Source: Puccinia triticina
Taxonomy: Eukaryota
Direction of reading: 5' to 3'
DNA: 64,000 bases
NCBI GenBank assembly: GCA_026914245.1
Contig: CP110440.1
Location: forward strand, 1,922,001 to 1,986,000
Below are positions 27,569-41,045 of this stretch, in pieces. Every line of letters starts with the position of its first letter. Position 1 is the first letter of the stretch. Under the pieces are notes generated by a model that saw only the letters and a list, made by a program, of their open reading frames with translations, was not told the DNA's origin and ran no database searches. A program made the translations under genes and the position numbers.

Positions 27569-28667
27569 CTATTTATTTCTTTTCTTTGGAGGAGCGTTTG
27601 CATTGTCAATTTGATTCTGCAAGCCACCAATGTCTAAATCTTTTTTATATAAGCCATTGATATAAGCGGTAATAGCATTAGCCATTCTCCTGTTTATCTG
27701 ACAAGAAAATCCAATTCTGGTATAAATTCCAGAAGGGGAACAGCCAGGCAGAGTTTGATGGCGGTAGTCTTGAGATCTGAATACGCACAGTGTAACACCA
27801 AGGGTTTTGTTCAAGTCTAGACAGACTTGAAAATCACAAAAGGAGAACTGACCCCCCTCCATGTCAAACATTTCATCGGCCAAGATATGAGGATTATCCG
27901 AGTTTTTTGGGTTGAAGATCGGAATCCAACCAACAAGCGTCCAGTCTTTCACATCCTTATCGGTGTGCGGATGATTGTAAAAGTCGTACATGGTAAAGGT
28001 CAGGAAGAAGGAGAAGTCGGCCGATGTATAGGGTTCGCCATACTCCGTGTGATTCATCGAAGGGTACTGATTAGTGATGAGCAGCTTTTGATTCGAGTCG
28101 TGGACGCCAGGCGCAAAGCTTCTCAATTTGTCAGAGATTCACTGTCCAGCTTCAAGGAGTCGGGCTTTCTGGTCCTCTGGGTCGAATTTCAGGAGCTTCA
28201 TCTGTTTCCGCAAAAACTCCACGGAGCAAAACCGTCCAAAGTGTTCAGTGTTCTTTGAACATTTCTGCCAGCCATCGCCCCATAAAGATCCACAAATTTG
28301 GGGCCCGTTGGTGTTGATTTCGGAAACATAGTCGATTCGGCTAAGGAGGTGAAGGACAAATTTTTCCCAACCTTTTTTCTCGCTGGCCGCCATTGTTTTG
28401 AATGGATACCAAGCTGCCATGCAGAACGGAGGAAGGTTGTTCGGCGCAACGATGCAAACGCCATGCGTCAGGGATACGTAATGTTCTCTGATTGTTTGGT
28501 CAGTTGTAATGACTTCATCAGGGCACGGATCGTGTTGACGAGAAGGTGGCACGGTATGGTGGTGTATGTTGTCGTGCTGGCCGGGGATACAAACAGGTGC
28601 TTCTCTTTTTGCCTTTTCTCACGCAAATCGCTTAGCGTCCTTGCCCATTTGTGAGCGTTTGCCTGGG
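27569..28667 (-). pseudogene. TET/JBP-like 2OG-Fe(II) dioxygenase with in-frame TGA stops
   Basis: FYNHPHTDKD (HxD), GGQFSF, YRHQT (distal His) and TRIGFSCQ (2OG-binding Arg) in the expected order; frame continues through TGA at 28139-28141 and 28619-28621. Confidence 0.8.
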
Positions 28668-29016
28668 CTGAATAAACAAATGAAGAGTTTATATCAGCCA
28701 AAAAAACATTACACAATTCACTACAAGAAGGGAGATACGACAAGAATAGCCGGTCCAAATAATCTTGAGCACCGCTTGGTGGTAATGCAGAAGAGGTGTG
28801 GTGTACATAGGAGTAGCTGTGGCACGGTTGATGTGCACGCCGACCGCACTACTCGTACATAACACCAGAACCTCCCTGGTCCAACGGCTTCCCCAAGAAT
28901 CAGTGCCTTGTAGAATTAGCCGTGGCACGGATGATATGCACGCCTACTGCACTAACTCTACAAAACACCAATTCTTGGGGAGCCATGAGGATTGAGGGAA
29001 TCTATCAGAGGAAAAC

Positions 29017-30497
29017 TCACGGTAGATCGTTTGTTGGGTACAGTTCATGTGGCAGCGCCACAACAGTTTCGCAGACATCCCCGAATACTAGCTGGAAATC
29101 CCGGGATGGTGTGGATGATGAAGTTATTTTCGAGCAGTCAAGCGTGTGGTAGAGCGAATGACGAAGGGGCAGGCCGGCAGTGGTAGTGTTGCTACCCAAT
29201 AAGTAAATCGTTTCATCCCACGCCGCTGTGAGTTGGCCGATAGTCATCATTTCTGCACCTCCTTCGCAAGCAACCTCATACCAAGCATAACCTACATATG
29301 ACAAAGAAGCTCGTGTTCAGGTGCAGGGCAAGCAAGGCAAAATTGGACCAATAAGCAGAAGAGATACTCACTCAGGAGGTCCAAGGCCCACATGTCGCAC
29401 AGTTTCGAAGTTTGGCCATCTACTCCGCCAAAAACGAACATTTTCTTGCCAAGTCAAAGTGCTGAGTGCTGTTGGCGTGGAGGGGGAAGAGATCCCGAAC
29501 AAGCTACAGATGTCCACTCCTTTTTACCAAAATCAAACGTCCATATATTGTTGAAAACGTTTTTGCCGTTCGAACCACCAAAAACGATCCATGAGCGAGC
29601 ATATACAATGGCCGAATGGCCTGTTCGCGCTGCTGGGCTACAGGGGTATGAAACATTCTCCCATAGCGAGTTGGAGGTCACTGGAGAGATATACATTGAA
29701 ATAGAAGACGCTCTCAGCTTTGAGATCATGTAGAGGCCAGAAAGAGAGACAAGCTTGCAATGGTCGATGTCAATTCGCCAAAGGCGATTGTGAGCCAATC
29801 CATTCATGTCAGTCCCGGCGTAAACGTCAAAGAATCCTTCAAATATCGTTGTTGTTGATCCAAACGTCGCAGCTGGAAAGGGTCCTGAGACTGTGTATCG
29901 ACTCCAGGAACTAGTCGATAGCGAGAGGGAATAGATGCGTGTATCTTGCTCGGCACGACCTGGTTCTTCTGTCATGCCACCCCAGAGGAACAGATGACCA
30001 TCTGCTGCAGCTAAAAGTGGTTCAGATTGAGGAGTTGGGGCGGGACCTCGCGTGGCGACAAGTTTTGCGGTTAAGTTTGGTGTTGAGACGGCAGGATCAA
30101 TGCTGAATGAGTATAGATCGCCTTGTAAGGCACCATCGAACGATCCGCCAAAGGAAAAGATGGTTGGGGGATTGATGAGGGGGAAGTACACCGTTGAGCC
30201 GCTTCTCGTCCGAGGAAATGGGGGCTGTAGGGGAAAGGAAGTCAACATGATTCTCTGGCGGGTGGGATAGGAGTACACAAGGGGATGATGTGACCACCAA
30301 TCGGTAAAGTGGACTAAGAGAGGAGCTGGGGCATCGATTGCACCTGTTACAGATTGGCAGGCCAAAATAAGTGGAATCGGGCGATGGGGTTGATCCCGAA
30401 GTGCAAAAGCTCCAGGAAACCGAGGTGGGCTTGCAGGGGAACTGTCCTGTTCAAGAGCCGAATCGTTCTCCTGGAGCAAACAATCAGAATGGGTCAT
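29017..30497 (-). pseudogene. Kelch-repeat (beta-propeller) protein, intron-containing, one in-frame TGA
   Basis: Repeats IFSFGG, LFLWGG, PAARTGHSA..IVFGG..NIWTFD..W and PPPRQQHSAL*LGKKMFVFGG..DMWALD; GTGAGT..TAG intron at ~29371-29293. Confidence 0.85.
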
Positions 30498-31840
30498 TTA
30501 AGAGGATATCAGCGCTGTTATCGAATCAACGCTGTAGGATAGATGAAGGGAAAGGTGTTCTTACGCCCGCTCCTGATTTATCTTTGCTGAAACCAATATC
30601 CGTTAGCTCCATGGATGATACAGGATACTCCTGGGTTGATGGGTGGATGAGCGCTCGCGCAATGAAACGATCGAGGTGGGGGTTGAACAACAGATGCAGA
30701 CGAGTGATCAGGGTTGATAGGCAAGTTGTAGAGGTTCTGAAAACTGCAGGCAGGGGTTGTTGAGCGATTACAGGAGAAGATTACAGAAGAATGAGGTCTT
30801 TGCTCTAGAGAGCAACACTCACATTCAAAAACGAGGTTCGGATCGTTCGTTAGCTGAGGTACAAACAGGTGCGAGGCACTCACCGGAAGGAGCAGCGGGT
30901 CTAGATCAAGCATTTGAAATGAGGGGCGCGCGGTGGGAGAGTGATGCTGTAAGCAACGAATTCAAAGAGCGAGCGAGCAGACAAGAAGATCAAAAAACCC
31001 TACCAATTGAAAATAAAACAGCACATCAGACTGGAAATACATATATGTAGTACTCAACGGCCCTCAATGATAAAATGAAAAAACAAGCCCTTGCCTCATG
31101 AATATTTCGCAACAGTTCATCAGAAAGATGCCAGTGGGAGATCAGGGAGATGTGGTCCATTTGAGTAGAAATTTTGGAATCTAGATGGTTAGGATCCTCA
31201 TATGAGGCTTTGTACATCTAAATGACATGAAAAGCCTTTGAATGAACGAATGGGAAGTGGGAACTGGATGACGTTATGAATATCAGGCAGCATGTTGAGT
31301 AATCAACTGTGATTTGCTATTTGGGTACACGTCAATTTGAGCAGGGGATATGATGGTGAGGTCCGATCTGGACCCAAACAGACCCAGACAAAATCATGTT
31401 GAGAACTTAAACATGTGAGGTGATTTTTTGACATCTCTCTCACGAGGAACATGCAAATACAAAATTTGCCTGATGTGACAAATCTTGGAAAGTATAGTGT
31501 ATCAATTTTTCAGAGTTTGCTGGCTATGAAATCATGCTGAAAGGATCACAAAGTTAGAATTCACTTGAATAGACTACATACATATCTATGAAATGAAATG
31601 TTTATATAACAGATTCAATAGCAGGGAGGCACATGCAAGGAAACAATTTGCTCAGTAGATTGTCATGTACGGGCAAGCGAAGGCAGAAATGAAATCTGTA
31701 TTCAAGTGAGTTGTACGAAATTCTATTTCCCCTCTGGAACTGAGGTTGTATCATGTGGGCATATGTATTCCCATGATTTAGTCTGCGCATGCATGATTCT
31801 TTACATAACTGGAGATAGAGGAAACAAGAAGCATCCCCAT

Positions 31841-31858
31841 CATGTACGTGCGTACATG
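31841..31858. promoter_or_regulatory. Palindromic motif CATGTACG(T)GCGTACATG, copy 1 of 6
   Basis: Also at 33512, 38597, 38722, 46828 and 46961, always intergenic within the inner element. Confidence 0.6.
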
Positions 31859-32226
31859 ATGGTGGACATCGAAAGATGCACTGGCAGGGAAGTCAAGTTT
31901 GTATGGAGATTCAAACAAGATCCAACTCTGAATGATCTTCTGATCTAATTATGTGTGATGATTAAACGGGCAGCAATCATAGGGGCGGAGAATGGTAGGA
32001 TTAAGCTCCGGCGGTGGGATATCTTCAAGTGGTAAAACAGAATAATGACTCCGAAGATGACTCATGTGTAATATCAGCTATTTCTGCTGCCAAGATAAAT
32101 TTGATGTACTACCCAAAAACTGGAAGGCCCTGATGTATATCACCATGCCAGCACAACCATAAAAGGAATTTCTTGCCAGCCAGTCCTTTGTTTCCTGATA
32201 TTCACCTACAACAAATTATACACACA

Positions 32227-33056
32227 ATGATGAAAATTTTTGCAAATTGCTTCTTAGACACAAATACCCCACGAAGCAGTCATGGTGATATGATTAGTTT
32301 TAATAGTGTCATCTTCTCACGTAACTCCCAAGCTAGAATTTACCCACAAAAAATGAGACGTTATAATATAAATCTCTGTAATACACCCAGACCAGAAGTT
32401 ATTCTGCCATCCACCACACAAATTCTGCTTTCAGGAACTCTGATCCTTACACAAAATATACCATTCCCAACTATTACATCCGACAACGGCAATTGGATTC
32501 CGCATTCTGGATTGCTATGTATCCACCTGGGGGAACCGGATGCAACGGAGAGAATGCATGTGGGGGGCAGAGTGGCAATCACAAGTGACTTTTTGCCCGG
32601 TGGGAACAAATCAGATCATGGATTTCTGATTGCTGTAGATGCCAGCGAATTGAATGTTTGTCATTTCCCTACTCTAAGCTATGTGTGCGGGAAACCAACT
32701 GTTGATCCTTTTGCATATTTCATGGCCAATCAGCCCACGCCAATGCGTCTGGTAGGTGATCCACAACTGAATAACCTTAACCTGGCCAGGTTCAGGGTGG
32801 GAGATCAGATCGAGATGAAGGGATCAATTGTTCCAGGGGATTGTACCAGCTTATTAACTATCCAGGTGTGTGTAAAATTTAAGGCTAGCTGAGCGGGAAT
32901 CATGAGAGATTTTGATTGAGCCCTCCGGAAACTGACTGCAGTAATCTTCCAACAGGTCTTTGATATAAACGAACTACCCAGGAATACAGGGCATAATCAC
33001 TACCTCCGGGAGAGACCAAATCGGCGTTTTAGATTAGACTCACACAACCGCTACTA
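32227..33056 (+). CDS. Hypothetical protein, putative OB-fold, paralog 1
   Basis: Long ORF to 32892 with a probable 3' intron; shares motifs with the 34022 gene; RFRVGDQIEMKGSIV. Confidence 0.55.
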
Positions 33057-33511
33057 AGAAGATTCAATTTGTGCTGGTTGCCATTGGTTGTTATGCAGAT
33101 GTTACTCAATTACAAGTTTTCTTGTCTTGCCTGGTATGCTGGGGAATTTTTTATCTGCAAACATTTTCTCATTTGAGGACAATTGGATTACAAGCAGTAA
33201 GTTACCATTTACAATGTTGTCCAGTTTTCCTTGCCAGAAAACATGCTTTACACAAGAGGAATGAAGTCCTCGTCAGAAAATGAGGCAGATTTCTATGATG
33301 GAACTTCCAAATTGAGGATTCCCTTGTGAGGTTCCAAGAAAGAGTTTTCTTGTTACGTTAGCCTTTGGGTAATTGGGTGGAGAAGACCTTGGGGGCATGG
33401 GTGGTGGTATTGTTGTTTTTATGTATTACACATTGAAGAAATAGACTTTGCAGTCCCTCGTGCACATGGATATTTTGGTGGTGGAAGGGATTTCGTGAAA
33501 TGGGTCACAAT

Positions 33512-33529
33512 CATGTACGCGCGTACATG
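33512..33529. promoter_or_regulatory. Perfect 18-bp palindrome CATGTACGCGCGTACATG
   Basis: Seen directly; ~500 bp upstream of the 34022 ORF. Confidence 0.6.
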
Positions 33530-34021
33530 GAAGTCAACACTGAATTGTACGTATGCAAGAAACTATCACAAAGGTTAATCACACAAATATGTTATGTATT
33601 ATCCAAATAAAACGGTTAACAGGAAGGCCTGACAAAGGATATCTTACACATAAAGACAAACAAATCCAAACCAAAATGCCTGCCGTGGAGAACACACTTT
33701 GTAGCAATTTTCAAATTGCACCAATTAACACAGTAGAACAAAGAGGCACATTGACTTGTACATTTCAAAATTGATACATAAAATCCTTTATTCCTGAGAT
33801 GAGATAACGCAGGGAAGGAAAGGGAACAAGTCATTTGCCTTTGTGGGTGGAAGGCCAAAACAAAAGTTGCTTGCCCTCCAACACTTTGGGATAGATGAGT
33901 ATCGCCATTAAAAGGCGGGATTGAATGCTAGGTGCCTCTTCTTGTCCCACCCCTCCCTAGAATTCCTCGATTGCCAGTCATAACTCAGCCTGCCGTATTT
34001 CCAAACTATTAGACAATCATA

Positions 34022-34824
34022 ATGATTGAGATTGCTGCCAATTTACTTCTTGCAAATACACGTAGTATACAACGAGTTGGAGATGAAATACACCTTGGGA
34101 CCCCTATTGCATCATTTAATCTTCCCCCATCATTCACTGGGTATCAAGAATATCATGTTGTGCTCAAATTTCATGATCCTGATATTCCTGCAATCTTCGA
34201 CAATACTCTCAGCCAGATCTTCCTATGTGGAAAATTATCATTGTGTCCTGTATCCAACCAACCAACGATTACTGTAGAGAACCTTAATTGGTATATTCAC
34301 CATGGAGAACTCCCCGACCTATATCAATACGAAAATGCCCAGGTCTTTGGTATGGCTCAAGTTGTGCAGGTCCACTGGCATCCGATTCACGAGAGGGTCT
34401 CTCATCTTGAAATTGTGGATAATACCATCAAGCAGGTATGGGATTTACCTCTAGACTGAACACTAAATATCGCAGTTCTCTAAAATGCCCATGAACATTT
34501 TCTTGAGTGTGCCCCATCAAATTGCTGACCTTGTTCCTGCGCAGTCCCACTCAGGTCAAATCAATTTGTGTTCACTCAATTCCAAGGCGCTCAAAAACTT
34601 TCAAGACCTCAAACACGGAGATTGTATTAGATTTAGTGGCAACGCAGCTCGAGTTCCCAGTGTCCGCTACGGATTTGTTTCTGTTGGTGTATGTGATACT
34701 CCATATAATCAAGATTGACTCTAACAATAAGCACTGACTCGTGGTCTGGGTGTATATCATATTAGGTTGAGTGTATAGTGAAACTTTCTCGATCAGAGGT
34801 AACTCGATACGGCTTGAGGAGTGA
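34022..34824 (+). CDS. Hypothetical protein, putative OB-fold, paralog 2 (spliced)
   Basis: ORFs 34022-34459 and 34485-34718 joined by a probable intron starting GTATGG at ~34435; DLKHGDCIRFSGNAA. Confidence 0.55.
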
Positions 34825-35459
34825 TCCAAAAAAGAGATACAAACTCGAAGCAAAGGATTGGAAGGCACCCCGCACTATACGAAGAAAATCCACCAAGAAA
34901 TTTCACTGCCGCCAAACGTGACGATTGGCATTTAGTTTGATTTTTCTCAAAGATTACTACATATATATAACTTATGTCCTAAAGGAGAAATGAATTAAAA
35001 CCGTTATCAAATGAAAAGATATCCCATGCGCCAATGACTAGAAACCGCAAGTGATGCATGGAAGGAAGACTACTATGGTCACTGAGGTTTCGTTGATGAA
35101 TACCCATTGTCTGAGGCAAGAATCTGCTTGGTGTTTGGAAGTGTTACACATTCCACGGTTTGCAAAACGCACAAACAGATGTAAGGGAGAGCATTAGAGA
35201 GACTTCATTTCAGAAATCAGCAGAACAATGGCAATTTTTAATCTTAAGCGCATCAGGGCAAGATGAATTACTTATAAACAATTGTGGCTAGGAACAACAG
35301 TTGACTAGTACAGGCTTGGTATCTGGGAAGCTGAATTTGAGATATAAAAGACCAAATCACAAAGGGAATAAAAGACGAGAAGAACAGTTTGAGTGAGAAG
35401 AGGCCAGACAGCAATAAACTTCAGCGTATGTACTGATGTATATGTACAAGTTTAAAAAA

Positions 35460-38030
35460 TCAACTGTCTTCTATATGACGGGAAGCATGGGGAATAAGGA
35501 AAGGTGAAGTGGGCTGGCATTCTGCCCAATGACTGAGAAAATCAAGAGTAATGGCCTGAGCAATCTCATGTCGGGTTGGGGTCTTTTCCATGTGGGAGAT
35601 TCTGTTCGGCAGGCGGAAGACAGGGGAGAATATCTTAACAATGTATGCTGAGAGGTTTTTCCAGATGGGTTCTTCGGGCGTATGAGTTGAACTTGAGTGT
35701 TGTTTAATTACTGAGATTACCTGGGTGAATTCCATGCAATCAGAGACAACGGTGTGGCGGTGGTTCTTGGATGCTAGAAAAAGACTGCAAACACCACCGA
35801 GGAGGAAAAATATCAAGGGCTGGTAGTTTTGACGACGCTGGTAGGACTGTAGTTTGCGAGTTGATTCATCTCAAAGCTGGATCAATTCTGATGATTCTTG
35901 GTTCGTCTGAGTGAGAGCATCAGATGATTTGTGGGTGGCACCGCGGTTCCGCTTATTGGTTTTCTTGTGCACCTCTTTCTGTGGGGGCTTGCTGAGTGAA
36001 TGAGTTTGGAAGATGACATATGCTGAGAGAACATCAAGAATGAGGTTTAAGAAATCATGGAGAACATTGAAAGAATGAGATTGCTGGGGGGCTGGAGCAT
36101 CTGAGGTAGGATTTTCTTTGGCAGACTCAAAGCTGGAGGGGCGGTTTTTGATGGCCTCGATGTATTGAAGTACTTGTACGCCTTGAATGATTTGATCGTT
36201 GCTCTGCTGGGTTGTGGGGACGGGTGGCTTGTACAGACTATCGGCCATGATCTCCACAGAAGCGGCAACAAGCTTTGCCCACTCTGAGATGGAGGTTTCG
36301 GTAGGGTGCGCAAGTTGATAAAGGAACCGGACTAGAGTTGATTCGGGATGGGGTGTCTTTGCAGCAGTAGAGATGTAGGATTGCGGCGGGATGGATTTGT
36401 CCTTGTTTCCAAATGTGGCAAGCAAGGGGAAATCAATGATGTCGGGACAGTACCACTGTTCATTGGTGGATGGTGACAAGAAGCTGTCCGCTAGATACAT
36501 GGAAGAAAAAACCTAACAGTTAGTTACGCTGTGTTTGGAGACACGAATGTAGAAAAAAGAAAAGAACACTTACCCAGGGAGCTGATTGTTTTAATCCATG
36601 ATGCGTATGAGCATGCCGTGCGTTGGAATTGGAATTCAGGGTTTGAAGGAGTTGAAGCGTGCATGGACTGTACACGAAATTGAACCAGAGACGTGAGGGA
36701 AGCCCAGGTGGTTTGGTACCTTTGCCAAGATGGTTTGGATCCCTCGAAATCTTGGTGAATATGAACAACTTTAATTCGCACATCGACAGACTTGAGGATT
36801 GTCAGCGGGTGAACAACAACCTGAGAAGAGGGATCGGAAGGGTTTGGGTTGGATGGGCCACTTGGGGTTGGATTTGCTTGACCAGAATGGGTTTCTGGGA
36901 TACTTTGGGAAGGTTGCATAACTTGGTTGGTTGGGGATGGTTGAGGGGCCGTTGTTGTTCCGTGTGCAGGTGGCTCCACCGGAGTGGCTAGATTAGTGTT
37001 GGAGACCCCAGCTTTCGCGTTGTTGGTCTCAGTCGCAGCTGATGGAGAGGATTCGGGCGGGATATGATGTTCTGGATTTCCAACCACTGAGTCGCAAGCT
37101 ACAGGTCCAACTTGAGAGTCGGCAGGTAGAGTTGGTGAAGCCTGCACAGCATTATCAGGGGTATCCGGAGAGTGGTGCGGTTCCAAGTCTCTGATGGTGG
37201 CAAGAGCTGCTTGTGCACCCATTGGGGTGTTAATGTTTGGATTCTCGGTAGGGGCATGTTTCGGGATGGTAAGCTGAGATGTGTCTGATTTGTTTGAGAG
37301 AGCTGCTGGATTGGAATCGTTACTGTTTTTTGGAGTCTTGGTATTCTTTTCCAACAAGTCGGCTGGCCGACCAGAGGCACCTTTTTTGGCTCGTTTCTTG
37401 GGGGGCTTGCTCGAAGTTGCTCCAGTTGATGTTCGAGGTGATGTGGAGCTTGGTTTGATTGATTCAATTTTGATGGCTTCATCGTCTGGAATCTCGCCTG
37501 TTTCCTCCCAGGCTTTGCAAGAGCTTCAGTCAAAAGAGAAGGCAACATCCGGATGGGGAGGGCAATCTGGGAAAACTTGAACTCACTGCGTTTCGTGCTG
37601 GTAATGGAATTAGCGAGGACATCAACTAGGTGTTTCCAACTACGGGGAAGCTTGAGATTTCTCAGCCCTTTGGCTGCTTGCTCAGCAGCTTGGATCGTTT
37701 GTCCAAATTCCTCCGCTGTAATTTGCTGGATTTCATTATCAAGGATCGGTTCAGTAGGATTCAATGGAAGAGGGCCGCCGGGATCACTTTTGCTAATTGC
37801 AAACTCCTCAAAAGTGGGTGCTGGTAACATCTTGACTGGAAAGTTTGCTTCAAGTACCTGCTGACCTAGGGGGATATGGGTAAAGTGAGAAACAGCCTGG
37901 TGGGTGATCATGAGGATAAGTCTATCGACTTACTTGGTGGTGGAGTCGGAGCATCTGATGGGAGGGGTGGTTGCAGAGATGTTAATTCCTGAGGAAGCTG
38001 AGGGGCAATTCTGGACTCTGGCTCTGCCAT
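35460..38030 (-). pseudogene. Large hypothetical Pro/Ser/Thr-rich gene, fragmented by frameshift and stops
   Basis: Chain of same-strand ORFs 37911-37099, 37357-36524, 36500-35871 and 35816-35460, with intron signals near 36570-36500. Confidence 0.55.
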
Positions 38031-38596
38031 GTTAATATGAATTGAGAGCAGTAGTTATTTTGCCAATGGTTTTTGAGGATGTGGGGGGGTCACAAAAATA
38101 AATGATGCGATGATGGGGGAGGAATGAGGTGAAAGTGCAGAGGAGGAGGAGCCACTTATATATTGAGGATTTAATTCCAGAATGATCCCCTTGTGTAAAA
38201 TTTTTTCACTCAGCCTTTGTCCACCCACAATCCACCTTTGTGATTAGATTTGCTGACAGATCTATTTGGTATAACCAAAACCAGACTAAGCATGGTTTTG
38301 ACTTAGACAATAGATTCCTCAGGCTGTAATGTGTAAAGTTTGTGATGTGCCAATTCATGGTTTTGGTAGGAGACGTTTTGCAGTCAACAGTCATGCGCAT
38401 GATGAAGTGATCAGGACAGCTGTAATGTTCAAATAACTTCATTAGACTGTTACTCAGATTATTCATGGAACTGCCCAGATCTGGAGCAATGATCTTAATT
38501 ACAGTATTATGGGCAACTGGCAGAGACATTTGGATAAGTCAGGTGAGGTCCCATGCACAAGTGAACTTCAAGGATTTCTGAAGTTGGTGCAAACTC

Positions 38597-38738
38597 ATGT
38601 ACGCGCGTACATTAGAGTGGACATCAGACTCACTTCTGGTCCCGCAGTTGTACCGAATTGACTGAGTATATATCAGGTTATCTCAAATCATGATAGCTTC
38701 TGGCAGGATGAGCCCCCCCCTATGTACGCGCGTACATG
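38597..38738. promoter_or_regulatory. Two copies of the palindrome ATGTACGCGCGTACAT
   Basis: 38597-38612 and 38722-38737, each followed by ..GAG(T/A)GGACATC-like sequence. Confidence 0.6.
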
Positions 38739-38930
38739 AGAGGGACATCTCAGCATTAATCAATGCCGTATATATTTTTCATGTGTAGGTGACAAACAGC
38801 TGGCCCCATGGATACAAAATACTTAGTTACCAAGTAATCTCAAAAACAACACAGCAGCTGGAGCATCCCTCAATGATAAGCGTTTCAACAGGCAAATTGA
38901 TATGGAAATGGGTGAGATGATAAAATAAAG

Positions 38931-40632
38931 CTAATCAACATTCATCCTCCCTCCGGCAGCCGTGGCCGAACCCTCTCCGGGAGCTAAACTTGGACCAACA
39001 TTTCCAGATTCATCTTCTAACCTCCGTTTGTTGTTGTTACGAGTTGGGAGTTGAGAAGCGGATTGTTGACCAGTGGATGTGGCGGTGGTGAAACAGTATG
39101 TTTGGAGATTATTGGTAATCTCTGGCAGCCCCATTTTTTCGACCTTGGAGATGGTTTGTTGCTCAAAAGGACTCAGGAGTTGCCACCAAGCATCGGCATA
39201 GCAATCACGCGGCAAATCTCTGGGGACCCCCTTGACGCCTTTGAAATTCTTGATTCGAGTTGCGGAGCGGCCATAGATCTTCTGATTAGTGGCAATAGTC
39301 TTGTGGTGATCTGCCTGTGCCTGTACCATTTTGTCGAGACAGTGAACAACGGAGGTGAGATGGCTGCTACGCCAATTCGGGGAAACGGTTAACAGTAACG
39401 TGTTCTGATCGCCATCTTCAATATCGGAGCCACAGTCCTTGTTTTCAACAACGTGCGCCAGTAGTATATTCTCTTTTAGGACTTGACCAAGCATCTTGCA
39501 CCTGTTCTCTCGTATCTTTAACACACGGAAATATATATTTACATATTTTGTCAGAATGAGTTACAGATAGACAGGAGAAGTAGAAAGGATGTACGGACTT
39601 TCTTCCTCCATCGTTGGTATTGTGCCCTCGTGGCTTTTTGATCCTTCAATTTCTTGTAATTGTCACCGCTTATGTTTCTGGACTCGCGAATTTCGCGGCA
39701 TTTAGTATGGAACCATCGTTGGATTATTGCTTGGGCCTGTGAAGCCTGCTGATCGGTTAAGGGCATTGATTGACGGATCCACTCAATAGATTTGGTTGCC
39801 AAAACCTTGACCACAGTGGAGTTCCAAGGGAAATCCGCACCAAGATGGGTATCCCAGTCAAAAGTGAGTCTTGAGATACCGGCCAACGCAAGAGTCCTCT
39901 CCACATCGGCCTTGGTTTGAGAGCTGATGGCTAGGCCCTTATGTTGGCCTTTTGAGAGAGCAGGAGTAAAGGGGGGCGACTTGATGTTCTTCCGTATTTC
40001 TTTCTCTGCCTGAGAGACAAAGTATTCTATCTCTGCCGGAGTCTTAGCCTTCAACGTGAGGCGTAATTGATTGAGTTGCTTCTTGATTTCAGCCGTCCTT
40101 CTTTCCACCCAGTATTGGGCCTTGATTTCTTCAGCGTTTGGAGAAGCTGGGTAATCGTGAGGCTGAGTTGGATGACCAAGAAAAAACTTGACAAAGGTTT
40201 GGATACTCCGAGAGATCTTATCACAATGTTCCGCCAGAGCCTGTTTTCCCGTAATTCCTCTTATCCGTTTTTCAGCTCGATTATGGTCCTCATCAACCTC
40301 CGCCTCCTCCCTCGCGCGCCGGGCATTTTCAACCACAAACTTTGGTTCTAGTCGAGACTTTTCAAGCAAAGCTGATGGCTGGTTCAGTTGTGTTGAAGGA
40401 ATTGCTCCTACGGATTCAAAACATTTCTCAGCAAGAAAATACATACAGCAAAAAGTAGCTACTCACCATCAGGACCGGTTTCCATTGCAGAACTGTTTCC
40501 CACTGATTGGGCTTTTGGAAGAAATCCATCTACGACCGCCAAAATCCAACTTTCATCTGGATCCACAGGAGAAGATGTATCTCCCTGGTTTCCATTCCCA
40601 GATATGCTCTGTTCATCTTGTGCTGAAGGCAT
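38931..40632 (-). CDS. Transposase-companion hypothetical protein A (spliced)
   Basis: ORFs 39551-40444 and 38931-39524 plus a 5' exon from ATG 40632; motifs LTFDW..PWN, WRSSHL..LD, VPRDLPRDCY. Confidence 0.7.
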
Positions 40633-41045
40633 GGGGACTGATTGGATTCAAGAAGCTAATTAGTAGATTTTTATGGGGCAAAAAGCAGATGATAGACGGG
40701 TTGCAGTATACAATGCAAAGGTGTTGTTGGTGAAATCAAGCAAAAGAGGTGGTTGAGGATATGGAATAGTTTAAGGAAAACGTGAAATCATGTTGGATGG
40801 AGTTATAAGCAGAACACAAATTTGGGGGAATTGCCGGGCAATTCAGGCAGGCTCCACTTTGTTTCTCAAATGGAGGAAAATACAGTTATACGGATGTTGC
40901 AATTCAAAAAAAGGGAGCATGTGGCTAACAAATAAATAATGATCCCCTTTGTTTTATGCCTAAAAATCGTTGCATAGGCCTTCCCATCCCTTCATGTGTA
41001 AATAAAGCCCAAATAAAATATCAGAAAGACATAGACCAGCACGTT

